Of a DNA stretch of 64,000 nucleotides, positions 28,427 to 39,443 are shown in pieces (the stretch's first letter is position 1; the number at the start of each line of letters is the position of its first letter). Source of the stretch: Fidelibacterota bacterium (GTDB taxonomy: Bacteria; Fidelibacterota; UBA8477; JABMPR01). The position numbers and the translations under genes were made by a program. The stretch spans positions 84,071 to 148,070 of the forward strand of contig JABHBL010000096.1 of assembly GCA_018673925.1 (NCBI GenBank), in the 5' to 3' direction. The notes under the pieces were generated by a model. It was not told where the DNA came from and made no database searches. It saw nothing but the letters and a program-made list of their open reading frames with translations.

Positions 28427-31400
28427 CTACTTGATGTAAGCCATTTTGATGGTTTTTGAATACCCGGCAGCCTGTAAGTGATAGATATAAATACCTGTGG
28501 CTACAGGTTGTCCAGAATTGTCCAAGCCATTCCAGGATACTTCATAACGTCCGACATCCTGACTACCATTAACCAGGGAACGGACTTCCTGCCCCAACAT
28601 GTTATAAATCACGAGATGAGCATCGCCTCTTTCAGCAATATCATAGCGGATATTTGTGGTTGGGTTGAAGGGGTTGGGATAGTTCTGCTGTAAGCTAAAC
28701 TCTGTTGGTGCTGGAAGACCAATATCAATGATACTAACCAGGCACTCTGCAACGATCTCAATTCCGCCAGGACCAGAAATAATAAGATCTTCTACGGCAA
28801 AATCCATGGCGCCAGTAGCATTTTCATCAATGACCTGAACAGGCACATTCATGAGCAGACCAGATGCCAGATCAATCATGTTTCCAGAAAGATCAATACC
28901 TAGAACGCGCATGGTATTGCCGCTCACAGATGAAAAGACTCCAACAGATTCGTTACCGGCGGCGAGAACAGGAATTCCCAGTTCTACAATGCTGGGATCG
29001 AATACGAGATCTGCTTGAAATCCAGATACCATCTCAAAGCAATCAACAGTGACTGGGATATTCTGCCATTCACGAGTATTGGTCAGTGTAAGTGGAGCAA
29101 TCGTGGCGGTGATATCCTCAATGATTGGACTGTCTTTAGCCAGTCCACCCATATTGAGAACTTCCTCGATGAGCATGACAACATCCAGGATATTGTGGTT
29201 GCCGTCACCATTTAGATCCATGATGGCCAATTCATCAAACGTGGGATCTTCACCAGTTTCAGTCACGATTTCAATAAAACGGGTCACATCCAGAATATTC
29301 AGAAATCCATCACCATCTAGATCACCCATAAGGATGGTTGATTCAACAACAAAGGGTGTGATTTCCTGCGTCCCATTCTCGATCTGGCTAGGACCAACCA
29401 GGATGTTAGTACCGTGCATGACCTGATAGTAACCAGGATCATAAATACCATCACCATAGGTGTCTAGCATTTCGAATAGGTAGGTTCCTGGTTCCAGGCC
29501 AATAGCCCATTCATAGAGTACATCAGCTTCGGTAAGATCACCTGCTGCGATACTGGCAACAATTTCGCTATTGGAGTTATAAATATTCCAGGATGATTCA
29601 TAAGGATAAGGGTCGGTCAATACCTGAACGATAACTGGTTTTGGTCCTACCCATACATCAATACTAACAGAGGCACCATGGTTTGGAACTTCGTCAAAAC
29701 CAGAGATTTCATAAACATAATGTCCATCCGGTAAGGCGAAATCCATAAAGTTCCACTCAAAGACATCAACTGTGGAAATCATGGAACCATTCCGTCTGAT
29801 TTCAAGACCTTCGAGATCATAACATGGAGATCCATCCATGTTAAACAGAGGATCTTGCCAGGTCATGGTAACTGTATGTCCGACATCCTCAATATACAGG
29901 TTGGTAGGAGGACCGGGAGCCATGTTGGCGCGTGCTTCAACCAGGTTGGTAGGAGCAGATTCTTCGCCATTGTCATAAGTAGCAGTTACTTGATAGAAGT
30001 AAGACATATCTTCTTCAACTGCATCATTATAAATGGTCTCGGTGGTGGTACCAATCACACTACCATCTTTATAGATATTGTAGTGAGTGAGATCAGTAGT
30101 TTCGCGTAAGTCATTCTGTACAAATGCATTTTCGATGAAAACAGGAGCAAATGGAGTAGACACTTCTGCAGCAAGGATGGCATCAGCTTCCATACGCGAC
30201 ATTTCATTGTTAAGCACAAGTTTCTTGAGCGTTGCAGCAGTAGTCTGTGGTGTGAACTGTCTTTGTGTTACTGATTCAGTCACAGTAAGATCATAATTTC
30301 CCGCATTAGCGCTGAATCCATCTACAACGACGAAATAAACACCTTCAGGAAGGAATGCACCCAGGATTTCAGAAGGTCCAATCAGACCTGGAGCTGCATC
30401 ACAAGCTGGACCATCATCATCATAGAATCCAGTTGAGAGTAGTACATCACAATCACCATTGAAGATTTCAACCTTGGCATCATAATCGATGTTTGGTCCA
30501 CACAGGGTGATATCGATAGCGCCATCTTCGAACATGAAGAGCTGATAGGCATAATCTTCGTTATCCGTACCGCTCACGTCAAAGTCATCAACCATACCAA
30601 CCGTACTTCCATTGGTTACGAAGGGGAGTGATGGGATGAGTTCATCTGCACAAGGCATGAGAGGAGGTGCTGGGTTACCAGGCACCCTCCAGGTAAGTTC
30701 GATATGATCATCAAAGAAACCATCTGCACGAAGTTCGCTTGGTGGAACTTCTCCAACCAGAACCTGAACTCTTTCAGAGTTGTCAGATTCCATTGCGCCT
30801 GTATCAAAGGAAGATACGACGTATGTATAGGCTCCATCGATCAGATTTTCTGTATACGCTGATTCGGTCACGGTGGCGGCATATTCACCATCGCGATATA
30901 CATAGTATCCAGCCAAATCATAATCAGTATTGTCATTCCAGTCCAATGAGATATCATCGGTAACACCATCCACTGTACCAACAAGACCTGTAGGCATCAT
31001 TGGAGCGTGATTCATTGGGACACCTTCAACTTGTGAGGAGGCTGCTTCACCGTCATCATAGATTGCAGATATGCGGTAATAGTAGGTGGTTCCGTTAACC
31101 AGTGGATGATCGGTATAAGCCATTGGGAGTGTATCAATCACAGCAATCTGATTTCCAGCTTCGATAAGGACAGGTGAGGCCTCACTACGATAAACACCAA
31201 AGTTTGTCAGCTCACGCAATTCGCGTAAATAACGACCGGGGCTGGAGCTAAGTATTTCTGGGGTGATCGCAATACCTGAAGCCCGAAGTTTTGCTAACTC
31301 GTAGCTTAGATCGTTTTCCACAACTACTAAGGATTGTTGACGAGCAGTCTGCTCGAAGATATCAAGTGTATAATTTCCAGTTGCTCCGCCAAAGCCATCC

Positions 31401-33763
31401 ACGACAACCAGATAAGTACCTGGATCAAGATAGACGTCAACTAATTCAGACTGGAGGTTCCCAGCATCATCGTTATAGTATCCTGTCGATGTTATGCAAT
31501 CATCAAAAAAGACTTCTAGTTTAGAATCATAATCGGTACCATTCTGAAGTGTAATAGTGTAAGTGGAGGGGACCATCACATTTAGCTGATAAGCCACATC
31601 TTCACCATCACCAAAAGTCACATCAAAATCATCCACCATTCCCAGGTTTGTTCCTGTGGCGTTGAAAGGTAGGGATGGGATGGGATAATCGGCGCACTCA
31701 ACCAAGGCCGGGGCTTCCGTACCAGGTGCTAACCAGGATAATTCAATGGTACCATCAAGCCCTGAAATAGCTTCCACAAACATGGGTGGCAGGTGAGAAA
31801 CGACGTCAAAGAAATACAATTCATCAGGAGAGCCTTCAGGTGAAAAGCCTTCATTTCCTTCAGAGTCAAAAGCCTGGATATAATATCCAACTGTGCTACC
31901 TACAGGATGTCCGGGGATATCACCAGAATAGATGCCATCGCCAAGATCATTCATTGATGCAGTTGAGAATGCTCCACCATTTGAATTGTAGAAGATGACT
32001 GCAAAATCCATTTCAACATTATCAGCAATATATGCTTCCACTGGATATGGACCATCGGTGTCCAAAGTAAATGTGAATTGAGTTACACCAGAAACAACGG
32101 GTGGTCTAACATCTGTATAAGGAGTGTCAAAGAAATCTAGATATTCTGTGAGTAGTTCAGTTTTGGTTGCTGAGCTATCAACCAGTCCACCAAATTCAAA
32201 AGAAGTACCAATTGAAGTCATGGTAGGTGTGAGATTGGCAATTCCACAACCCTCACCATCAGCAGGATTCACGTGAATGATTTGTGCATCAGGGGTGAGT
32301 GGTCCGAGGTGATCCATAAAGCTATTCTCACCGGCGTAGGGGTAATCCATTCCTGCAATCAGGTTCACACCTGAAACAAAGGATAAATCAGCACCACCAT
32401 CTGCAACGCCATCAACTCCAAAATAGGGGTGAAGGACAGTTTCTGGATCAAAGGCCCAGGTGTCGCCACCTTCCATATAAAGTGGATTGCCTGCATTTGC
32501 AAAGTCCACCAGTGCCAAAACTTCCGCAGAGCTATCCTGGAGGACATAATTGTTTGAATAAATTCCAAGAGTTACAAAGACGGCTGAATATTCAGCCTCA
32601 ATTGGACTACCAAAGATAAACAGATCAGGAGTTTCAATAGCTGTTAAGCCTAACTCACCAAAAGCAGTAACAAATGCTGGTCCACTGATGGAGCTGGCTG
32701 GATTCCAAATCATATATTCTGGAAAGCCATCAAACACCATGGCAGTTGCATTTACCACAATTTCTTGGGTGTTATCCGCTGTGGATGTAATGGTGTAAGT
32801 ACCATTTGCTCCACCTTCGGCTGAGGGAGTCAATGTGACATCAAAAACCACGAAAGAATCTGCGAGAACGGTAACAGGTGTTACCAGTGCTGTGGAGAAA
32901 TCCAGGCCATCAATGGTGATAGCGGTGACATCAAAAGGATCAAGACCAATATTGCCAATGGTAACATCGGTAGTAACGGCGCCATCATCAATCTGGAGAA
33001 CGCCAAAATTGATATTACGAGTATCAACGGTCATGTATGAACCAGTAATTTCCTGAGGAAGATACAGTGCAGAAATACCAAAGTTTCCAACGAGTTCAGG
33101 ATCACCACCGACGGCATCATTGATCATTTCCCAACCATTGGCGGAGTAAGCCCAGTTGCGATCTAGATAATTCGACTGTAAGTCACTGGCAATTCCAAGG
33201 AATCCAGAGCTGTTTTCCCAGACAACAACGTAGTAATCTCCGGCTTCAAGAACCAGGTTGTCCAGGACAATATCAAATTGTGAGGTTGGATCATCTATGG
33301 TAGTGAGATCCATTGGAGCGGATTCCCAAAGAGCGGATCCATCACCAGGAGCGATTGGCAGAGATGGAGGACCAGCTACACCAGAAGCAGGATCAGTGTA
33401 AATACTTACAATAGCTGCTGTCGCACTTCCACCCTGGGTATAAAGTGTCAGGCCAGTGAGAAAGATGGGTGTATCAGCGGTAAAGCGTACACTGAAACCA
33501 CAACCTCCACCACAACCGATTTGACCTTCAAAAGAGCCATCATGATAGACTGCTTCTTCATCGCGGAGCGATGAACCAGGGATTGTCTCAGCATTCCAAT
33601 TTACATCCAGCGTTCCGTCGGCTGATGTCTTCAGGCATACATCACAGGCTGCTGTTGGTGCGACCTTCCGGTCGGCAAAAGCTCCAGTTGCCAGTAGCAT
33701 GACGAGGACAAAAACCCATCCGTTTGAGAACAATCGTTTCATGGTATACTCCTTAGTATTCAT
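28427..33763 (-). CDS. Large secreted multidomain surface protein: Ig-like (ASH/choice-of-anchor D), two FN3-with-PPC-like-insert modules, FN3, dockerin, cohesin-like, FlgD-type CTD
   Basis: Signal peptide (likely start MKRLF at 33742); FN3 W and YxVYR..Y.Y.V.A patterns; twin DxxGDGxxNILDV; QNYPNPFNP. Confidence 0.85.
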   Translation of the reverse strand: MNTKEYTMKRLFSNGWVFVLVMLLATGAFADRKVAPTAACDVCLKTSADGTLDVNWNAETIPGSSLRDEEAVYHDGSFEGQIGCGGGCGFSVRFTADTPIFLTGLTLYTQGGSATAAIVSIYTDPASGVAGPPSLPIAPGDGSALWESAPMDLTTIDDPTSQFDIVLDNLVLEAGDYYVVVWENSSGFLGIASDLQSNYLDRNWAYSANGWEMINDAVGGDPELVGNFGISALYLPQEITGSYMTVDTRNINFGVLQIDDGAVTTDVTIGNIGLDPFDVTAITIDGLDFSTALVTPVTVLADSFVVFDVTLTPSAEGGANGTYTITSTADNTQEIVVNATAMVFDGFPEYMIWNPASSISGPAFVTAFGELGLTAIETPDLFIFGSPIEAEYSAVFVTLGIYSNNYVLQDSSAEVLALVDFANAGNPLYMEGGDTWAFDPETVLHPYFGVDGVADGGADLSFVSGVNLIAGMDYPYAGENSFMDHLGPLTPDAQIIHVNPADGEGCGIANLTPTMTSIGTSFEFGGLVDSSATKTELLTEYLDFFDTPYTDVRPPVVSGVTQFTFTLDTDGPYPVEAYIADNVEMDFAVIFYNSNGGAFSTASMNDLGDGIYSGDIPGHPVGSTVGYYIQAFDSEGNEGFSPEGSPDELYFFDVVSHLPPMFVEAISGLDGTIELSWLAPGTEAPALVECADYPIPSLPFNATGTNLGMVDDFDVTFGDGEDVAYQLNVMVPSTYTITLQNGTDYDSKLEVFFDDCITSTGYYNDDAGNLQSELVDVYLDPGTYLVVVDGFGGATGNYTLDIFEQTARQQSLVVVENDLSYELAKLRASGIAITPEILSSSPGRYLRELRELTNFGVYRSEASPVLIEAGNQIAVIDTLPMAYTDHPLVNGTTYYYRISAIYDDGEAASSQVEGVPMNHAPMMPTGLVGTVDGVTDDISLDWNDNTDYDLAGYYVYRDGEYAATVTESAYTENLIDGAYTYVVSSFDTGAMESDNSERVQVLVGEVPPSELRADGFFDDHIELTWRVPGNPAPPLMPCADELIPSLPFVTNGSTVGMVDDFDVSGTDNEDYAYQLFMFEDGAIDITLCGPNIDYDAKVEIFNGDCDVLLSTGFYDDDGPACDAAPGLIGPSEILGAFLPEGVYFVVVDGFSANAGNYDLTVTESVTQRQFTPQTTAATLKKLVLNNEMSRMEADAILAAEVSTPFAPVFIENAFVQNDLRETTDLTHYNIYKDGSVIGTTTETIYNDAVEEDMSYFYQVTATYDNGEESAPTNLVEARANMAPGPPTNLYIEDVGHTVTMTWQDPLFNMDGSPCYDLEGLEIRRNGSMISTVDVFEWNFMDFALPDGHYVYEISGFDEVPNHGASVSIDVWVGPKPVIVQVLTDPYPYESSWNIYNSNSEIVASIAAGDLTEADVLYEWAIGLEPGTYLFEMLDTYGDGIYDPGYYQVMHGTNILVGPSQIENGTQEITPFVVESTILMGDLDGDGFLNILDVTRFIEIVTETGEDPTFDELAIMDLNGDGNHNILDVVMLIEEVLNMGGLAKDSPIIEDITATIAPLTLTNTREWQNIPVTVDCFEMVSGFQADLVFDPSIVELGIPVLAAGNESVGVFSSVSGNTMRVLGIDLSGNMIDLASGLLMNVPVQVIDENATGAMDFAVEDLIISGPGGIEIVAECLVSIIDIGLPAPTEFSLQQNYPNPFNPTTNIRYDIAERGDAHLVIYNMLGQEVRSLVNGSQDVGRYEVSWNGLDNSGQPVATGIYIYHLQAAGYSKTIKMAYIK

Positions 33764-33957
33764 TTTATCATGGACCTTTTTAAACTTATTACCGTTAAAT
33801 TTTTTTCTACAAAAAAAACGGCACCGATAATAAAGTGCAATTTCTCTGGTTAAACACCAAATATAGAACTAGCTCAGAACCAATTCAAGCCTATTGCCTG
33901 AAGCATTCTTGATGACATGAAAATGAGATATATTAGTGATATAGATATACAGGGTTC

Positions 33958-34608
33958 TTAAATTTTGATTAATTGGCCAAACCAAACTCTCATAGAAATC
34001 CCAGAGAGAGGAGCATATTTGGGATTGAATCCAAGCTCAGAAACTGGAGTTCGGCCTGAAAAATCATGGAAATATCCAAACTCAAAGCCCCAGGTTTTTC
34101 TGAAATTCATCCCGTAGAGCAATCCAAAGAGATGAACATTGTCACCCCAAAAGCCTGAGGGGATATAATTATAGCGAAGGCCAACATAGCCGTAATTGAA
34201 AGCATCAGTTTCAGTTTGCTTGAACACTTTGCCATCTCTTCGTACCGTCTTGGTTCGATCTTTTCGGGAAACATTGTAGTAGGTTGCACCAAAGGAACTC
34301 TGCTCAGCGTAGGTGGCGGCAAAATTAATGGTATGTAACCTGGACCCCTCATCCCTGAGCGTAATTGTCGCATCCACACCACTTCCATGAATGGGCAACA
34401 TGCCAATTCGGATACCACCATCCATCTTTTGTCCTAGACCCTTCCTGTATACAAATTGTGGAATCATATTTTCAGCTGAAAGAGCCACGCCCTTATAGCT
34501 TTCATTAGGTTTAAGTGGTTCTGGAGAAATCACGGCATGCGAGGTACAGGACATCGCAAACACGATGAAAAATAAACACAAAAAGTAATATTTCGGATTT
34601 TTGAACAT
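33958..34608 (-). CDS. Hypothetical lipoprotein / outer membrane protein
   Basis: Lipobox-like FAMSC after MFKNPK start at 34608; aromatic/Gly-rich beta strands. Confidence 0.55.
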   Translation of the reverse strand: MFKNPKYYFLCLFFIVFAMSCTSHAVISPEPLKPNESYKGVALSAENMIPQFVYRKGLGQKMDGGIRIGMLPIHGSGVDATITLRDEGSRLHTINFAATYAEQSSFGATYYNVSRKDRTKTVRRDGKVFKQTETDAFNYGYVGLRYNYIPSGFWGDNVHLFGLLYGMNFRKTWGFEFGYFHDFSGRTPVSELGFNPKYAPLSGISMRVWFGQLIKI

Positions 34609-34809
34609 GTCCTCGAATTTCCCCGCAGGTGCCATTGATGACAAGACTTTTGTTCTCAAAATATGATCTCCCTGTATAGAAAATCCATACAATTTGAAAT
34701 GCATACCTGGAATCAACTCCATGTCTCAACGAGAAAATCTCTGAGGGATGTGCTATTCAAATTTCAGCAAACTGTTTTGGACAAACGTGAAGCTGGTTAG
34801 ATTAGGGGC

Positions 34810-35583
34810 ATGGATACAAAACAAGCAATCGTAAAAAACTGGATCTATCGCTATACGGGAGTTGAACCTGAAGCCTTTGGCGATAGAATATTATTGACAA
34901 ATTTTAGAAACTATGTCGAGAAGTTTGCCCACCGTTTCGATGTCCCTGTTTTTGGAGAAGATCGCTCCATGATCGTCGCCACCAACAAGGATGGATTGAG
35001 CATTATCAACTTTGGAATGGGTTCTGCCAATGCGGCAACCATCATGGATTTACTTTCAGCAATTGATCCCTATGGCGTCTTATTTCTAGGTAAGTGCGGT
35101 GGATTAAAGCAATCCACAGATCTTGGCCATTTTATTCTGCCCATTGCTGCCATCCGAGGTGAAGGTACCAGCAATGATTACCTCCGACCAGAGGTGCCAG
35201 CTATGCCCAGCTTTAAGATTCACAAATACATCTCACAAATTTTGGTTGAAAAGGATCTTGATTATCGAACTGGTGTAGTCTACACCACCAATCGCCGAGT
35301 TTGGGAACACGATGAAGTCTTTAAGGATTATTTAAAGGATACGCGCTCCATTGGCATTGACATGGAAACCGCTACCATCTTCATTACTGGTCTCGCCAAT
35401 AACATTCCCCGTGGCGCGTTATTGCTGGTAAGTGATCTTCCCATGGTGCCAGATGGTGTCAAAACCGAGGCGTTGGATCAGAGTGTCACCAAGAAGTATG
35501 TGGATTTGCACCTGGATATTGGTATTGAAGCCATGACGCATATTGCTGAGCAGGGTGAATCAATAAAACACTTCTCGTTTTAA
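34810..35583 (+). CDS. amn: AMP nucleosidase (short Bacteroidetes type)
   Basis: ILLTNF, NFGMGSANAATIMDLL, FLGKCGG, AAIRGEGTS.DY, DMETAT, GALLLVSD. Confidence 0.9.
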   Translation: MDTKQAIVKNWIYRYTGVEPEAFGDRILLTNFRNYVEKFAHRFDVPVFGEDRSMIVATNKDGLSIINFGMGSANAATIMDLLSAIDPYGVLFLGKCGGLKQSTDLGHFILPIAAIRGEGTSNDYLRPEVPAMPSFKIHKYISQILVEKDLDYRTGVVYTTNRRVWEHDEVFKDYLKDTRSIGIDMETATIFITGLANNIPRGALLLVSDLPMVPDGVKTEALDQSVTKKYVDLHLDIGIEAMTHIAEQGESIKHFSF

Positions 35584-35610
35584 GCGGATTTTCAAGCTGG
35601 TTGATTTTTT

Positions 35611-35636
35611 AAAAACCAGGATGCGAATCCTGGTTT
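35611..35636. terminator. Possible hairpin terminator between convergent amn and PBP1A genes
   Basis: AAACCAGGAT-gcga-ATCCTGGTTT. Confidence 0.55.
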
Positions 35637-35645
35637 CGATACGTT

Positions 35646-37826
35646 TTAAAAGTCGATGACTTTTGGTTTTGAACGATTACCGTGAACATCACAACTTTGA
35701 GTAGGGATGGTTCCAGGTAAAAAGACTTCGCGCTCTGGTGTACAATATTGTGTCGCTAATTTGTGGGTTTCAGAACAAACATTTGCAAACACAACTGATT
35801 CTTCGGGAATCTCAAATTCTTCTCGTTCCCAATCCAGACTATCATAGACGGCCTTCATGTACTGCGCCCAAATTGGAACCCCCAAAGCTGATCCGGCCAT
35901 ACCATTGCCCAGGCTGATGGATGGAGAATCCATGCCCACCCAGACGGCTGTGGACAAGCGTGTGGTGAAACCTACATACCAGGCATCTGTAAAGCCAGTC
36001 GTTGTCCCTGTTTTTCCACCTGCTGGTTCATGAAAGCTAAATCTGGTTCTGGCGCCGACACCGGTTCCCCGATTGGCTACTGTCTCGAGCAGGGACAGCA
36101 TGACATAGGATGTCCCCCGGCCTAAAACCTCTTTTTGATCTCCATTATAGGTACGTAGAACGCCTCCAAATCGATCCTGAACAGAGCGAATTCCCAGTGG
36201 TTGAATCCAGATACCCAAACGAGGATATACAGCATAGGCTGCTGCCATCTCAATGGGGTAAACTCCTGAAGCACCCAGAGCCAATGCATCACCGGGATAT
36301 AATCGGGTAGTAATACCCATGGCTCGAGCTTTTTCAACTACTGCAGCTGGCGCTATGAGTTCCTGGATGGTTCTCACAGCGATCAAATTAAGTGATCGTC
36401 TTATGCCTTCTCGCATAGTGGTTTCGCCACCCATGCTTAAATCATAATTTTTCGGGCGCCAATCTGTTGAATCATTTGTTCCCAACTTGATCACAACAGG
36501 TTGATTTAATAAGGTTGTTGTTACAGGATACCCATTGTCTATAGCTGCGGTATAAAGAAAGGCTTTAAAAGATGATCCGGGTTGTCGTTTCATCTGGGTA
36601 GAGCGATTCCATTTTGACTTACTAAAATCTTTGCCGCCAACCATGGCTTTTATCTCACCTGTTTCCACATCGAGAGAAATCAGTTGTGCCTGTACAGTCA
36701 ATAAATTTTCAATCTGATTGGTCATTTCAACTGAGTCAGAAATCATCAAGCGCACGGTATCAACGGTAAGGTCAATCTTGTGTTTTTCTAAAATGTTGGC
36801 CAAGGCCTTTGAATTTTCATCCATCATGCGCGCATCAAAAATGGTCTGGACCCGATCAAGCTCCCTTGCTACAACTTCATTGGCGATGGTCTGCAAACGT
36901 GTGTCAAGACTGGTGTATATAGTCAGACCGTCACGATAAAGATCGACACCCAGTTCATCATCTTCTTTTTCCAGTTGACGTCGTATAAACTCACCAAAAT
37001 GGGGTGCCACATTTCCCACATCAACGCTATCTGGAATCCAGGTTTCAATAGGAAGCGACTTGAAATAATTCCGTTCAACAGCATTAATGGCTTTCTCTCT
37101 AAACATACTATTGATGACTACATTGCGTATATGCCTGGATCTATCAGGGTGAGTAATTGGGGAATAGTATGCTGGAGCACGAAGCATACCTATCAGGATG
37201 GCACCTTCATCCAGAGTAAGGTTCTCAACCCGTTTATGAAAATATTTTGTTGCTGCGGCCTGTAGCCCATAGGTTCCATGTCCGAAATAGACCGTATTCA
37301 GATACATGGTCAGAATCTCTTCTTTGGTAAAAGTATGCTCGATTTGAACCGCAGTGATTAGCTCCCTAAGTTTGCGCAGATAGGTTTGTTTAAATCCAAT
37401 ACGAGCGTATAAACTTCGCGCCAATTGTTGTGTCAGGGAAGAAGAACCTCCGTGAATTTTTCCAGTTGCCACATTCAAAGTGAGGTTATAAACGGTGCGA
37501 AACAAATTCATACCCCAGTGGCTATAGAAACGCTGATCCTCGGTCACGATGAGTGCTTTTTTAACATGAGGTGGGATTTCATTGGATTTAACCAATGTTC
37601 GCTGTGTAGTAAAAAGTTCCTGGATAACCTGATCGTCAGCAGAAACAATTCGGGTGATCAGATCAGGATCATAACGTTCCAATTCATCCAGAGAGGGCAG
37701 GTCTTTAGACAAAAAGAAGAGCCATGTGAAAATGCCCACCACAAAGGCCAAAGACACGATTGAAGCAATATACAACCTATGCTTAAATTTCTGTCGACTA
37801 CCCCTGGCTTGGAACTGTTTCATCAT
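35646..37826 (-). CDS. Class A penicillin-binding protein (PBP1A family)
   Basis: Transglycosylase EDQRFYSH, GSSSLTQQL, RKLRE; transpeptidase SSFK, SLN, KTGT. Confidence 0.93.
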   Translation of the reverse strand: MMKQFQARGSRQKFKHRLYIASIVSLAFVVGIFTWLFFLSKDLPSLDELERYDPDLITRIVSADDQVIQELFTTQRTLVKSNEIPPHVKKALIVTEDQRFYSHWGMNLFRTVYNLTLNVATGKIHGGSSSLTQQLARSLYARIGFKQTYLRKLRELITAVQIEHTFTKEEILTMYLNTVYFGHGTYGLQAAATKYFHKRVENLTLDEGAILIGMLRAPAYYSPITHPDRSRHIRNVVINSMFREKAINAVERNYFKSLPIETWIPDSVDVGNVAPHFGEFIRRQLEKEDDELGVDLYRDGLTIYTSLDTRLQTIANEVVARELDRVQTIFDARMMDENSKALANILEKHKIDLTVDTVRLMISDSVEMTNQIENLLTVQAQLISLDVETGEIKAMVGGKDFSKSKWNRSTQMKRQPGSSFKAFLYTAAIDNGYPVTTTLLNQPVVIKLGTNDSTDWRPKNYDLSMGGETTMREGIRRSLNLIAVRTIQELIAPAAVVEKARAMGITTRLYPGDALALGASGVYPIEMAAAYAVYPRLGIWIQPLGIRSVQDRFGGVLRTYNGDQKEVLGRGTSYVMLSLLETVANRGTGVGARTRFSFHEPAGGKTGTTTGFTDAWYVGFTTRLSTAVWVGMDSPSISLGNGMAGSALGVPIWAQYMKAVYDSLDWEREEFEIPEESVVFANVCSETHKLATQYCTPEREVFLPGTIPTQSCDVHGNRSKPKVIDF

Positions 37827-38097
37827 ATCTTACAATTATAAACTTATATGCCTGTCTTGTTCATACGTTTTTGAATCAAATCAATAATATTTCATGGATT
37901 TGCAGCATAAGAGAAATCATAAAACGGGATTTCAGGTAAACTTTCTAGACAATGAAGATATGGTCACCTCGCTTCAGCATCAAAAACAGCATATTGCACA
38001 ACCACACTCCATCACTATATTTTTTGCTCCATCGCAAGAATAGCTGTTATAGTAGATGTTTAGCAATGAGTGAATAGTATTATAGGGAAATCCCCGT

Positions 38098-39330
38098 ATG
38101 TATACGTTTAGAAAATATGAACACGATAAGGACATTGAAGCTGCCAGAAGAATCTGGCGTGAAGTTCAATGGATTGATGATAGTTCTGATGAAAAATTAC
38201 TGGATGCTTTTCTCGGAGGAGGTAGAGCATTGGTTGCTGACCTGAATGGGAGTGCTGAATGTCTAGTTACCGCCAATCCGGGAAAAATTAAATATCTAAA
38301 CGAGGAATTATCACTTTCTGTCGTGACTTCCGTTACCACCAGCCGGATAGCACGTAAGCAAGGTCTGGCAAAAAAACTGACGGCCCAACTCATCGCCGAG
38401 GAAGCTGAAGCTGGTGCAATTGTATCCACCCTTGGAATTTTTGAACAGGGATTTTATGATCAATTGGGATATGGAAGCGGCTCCTATGAGCATTGGATGA
38501 GCTTTGATCCAGCCGACATTACGATTAATGATAAAATCCGACCTCCAGTGCGTTTAAAAGAAGATGATTGGAAAAAAATTCACCAGGCCCTTCAAAACCG
38601 AAAAACTCACCATGGTGGTGTAACACTTTACCCAGAGTGTTTTGTTGAAGCTGAGTTAGCCTGGTTAAAGAAGGGTTTTGGTCTGGGCTATGCTGACGGA
38701 CCAAAAGGTGAATTGACCCACTTCTTTTGGGGAACCAGTAAGGGTGAGCATGGTCCTATCACCATACATATTCTGTCATATCAATCGATGGAACAATTCA
38801 TAGAAATGATGGCTTTGATTAAATCACTGGGTGATCAAATTCGACTTGTCAAAATGAGAGAACCTGCTGGGATTCAACTTCAGGATCTAATCCGAAACCC
38901 TTTTAGGTCAAGGATAGTGACAGAGAAATCCAAGTTTGAGCATATCAATAGGGCCTCGGCGTACTGGCAAACCAGAATCTGTAATCTGGAGGCCTGTATT
39001 GAAGCAACCCACCTGAATTCAAGGTCATTGCGCTTTAATCTGGACCTCAGTGACCCTCTGGAAAAACTCATAGATCCGGAATCAGCCTGGCGAGGATGTG
39101 CAGGGGAGTATACTATTGAACTGGGATCAACATCTCATGCAACTGATGGATTTGATAAAGCATTGCCGACCCTGACAGCTGATATTGGTACATTTACCCG
39201 CTTGTGGCTGGGTGTTAAATCAGCTACCGGCTTATCTGCTACAGGTAATTTGAGTGCTCCAGAATCGCTCCTAAACGATCTGGATGAAGTGCTATGTCTT
39301 CCGAATCCACATCCAGACTGGGATTATTAA
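38098..39330 (+). CDS. Eis-like GNAT acetyltransferase with C-terminal SCP2-like domain
   Basis: VTT...ARKQGLA, FYDQLGY acetyl-CoA motifs; C-terminal ADIGTFTRLWLG...L...G.L. Confidence 0.7.
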   Translation: MYTFRKYEHDKDIEAARRIWREVQWIDDSSDEKLLDAFLGGGRALVADLNGSAECLVTANPGKIKYLNEELSLSVVTSVTTSRIARKQGLAKKLTAQLIAEEAEAGAIVSTLGIFEQGFYDQLGYGSGSYEHWMSFDPADITINDKIRPPVRLKEDDWKKIHQALQNRKTHHGGVTLYPECFVEAELAWLKKGFGLGYADGPKGELTHFFWGTSKGEHGPITIHILSYQSMEQFIEMMALIKSLGDQIRLVKMREPAGIQLQDLIRNPFRSRIVTEKSKFEHINRASAYWQTRICNLEACIEATHLNSRSLRFNLDLSDPLEKLIDPESAWRGCAGEYTIELGSTSHATDGFDKALPTLTADIGTFTRLWLGVKSATGLSATGNLSAPESLLNDLDEVLCLPNPHPDWDY

Positions 39331-39443
39331 ACAGGAATACTTCAATATAAAACTGGTGCATAGAACTCATGGTTGCACCCACCTGGTTAGCAACTATATT
39401 TTTGGTACATTTTCAGATTTTGAGAACAAATGGGAGCGCGGTG

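Noticed and set aside
39400..39420. Possible sigma54 box TTGGTAC upstream of the NlpC/P60 gene
   Set aside because: No GC at the -12 position
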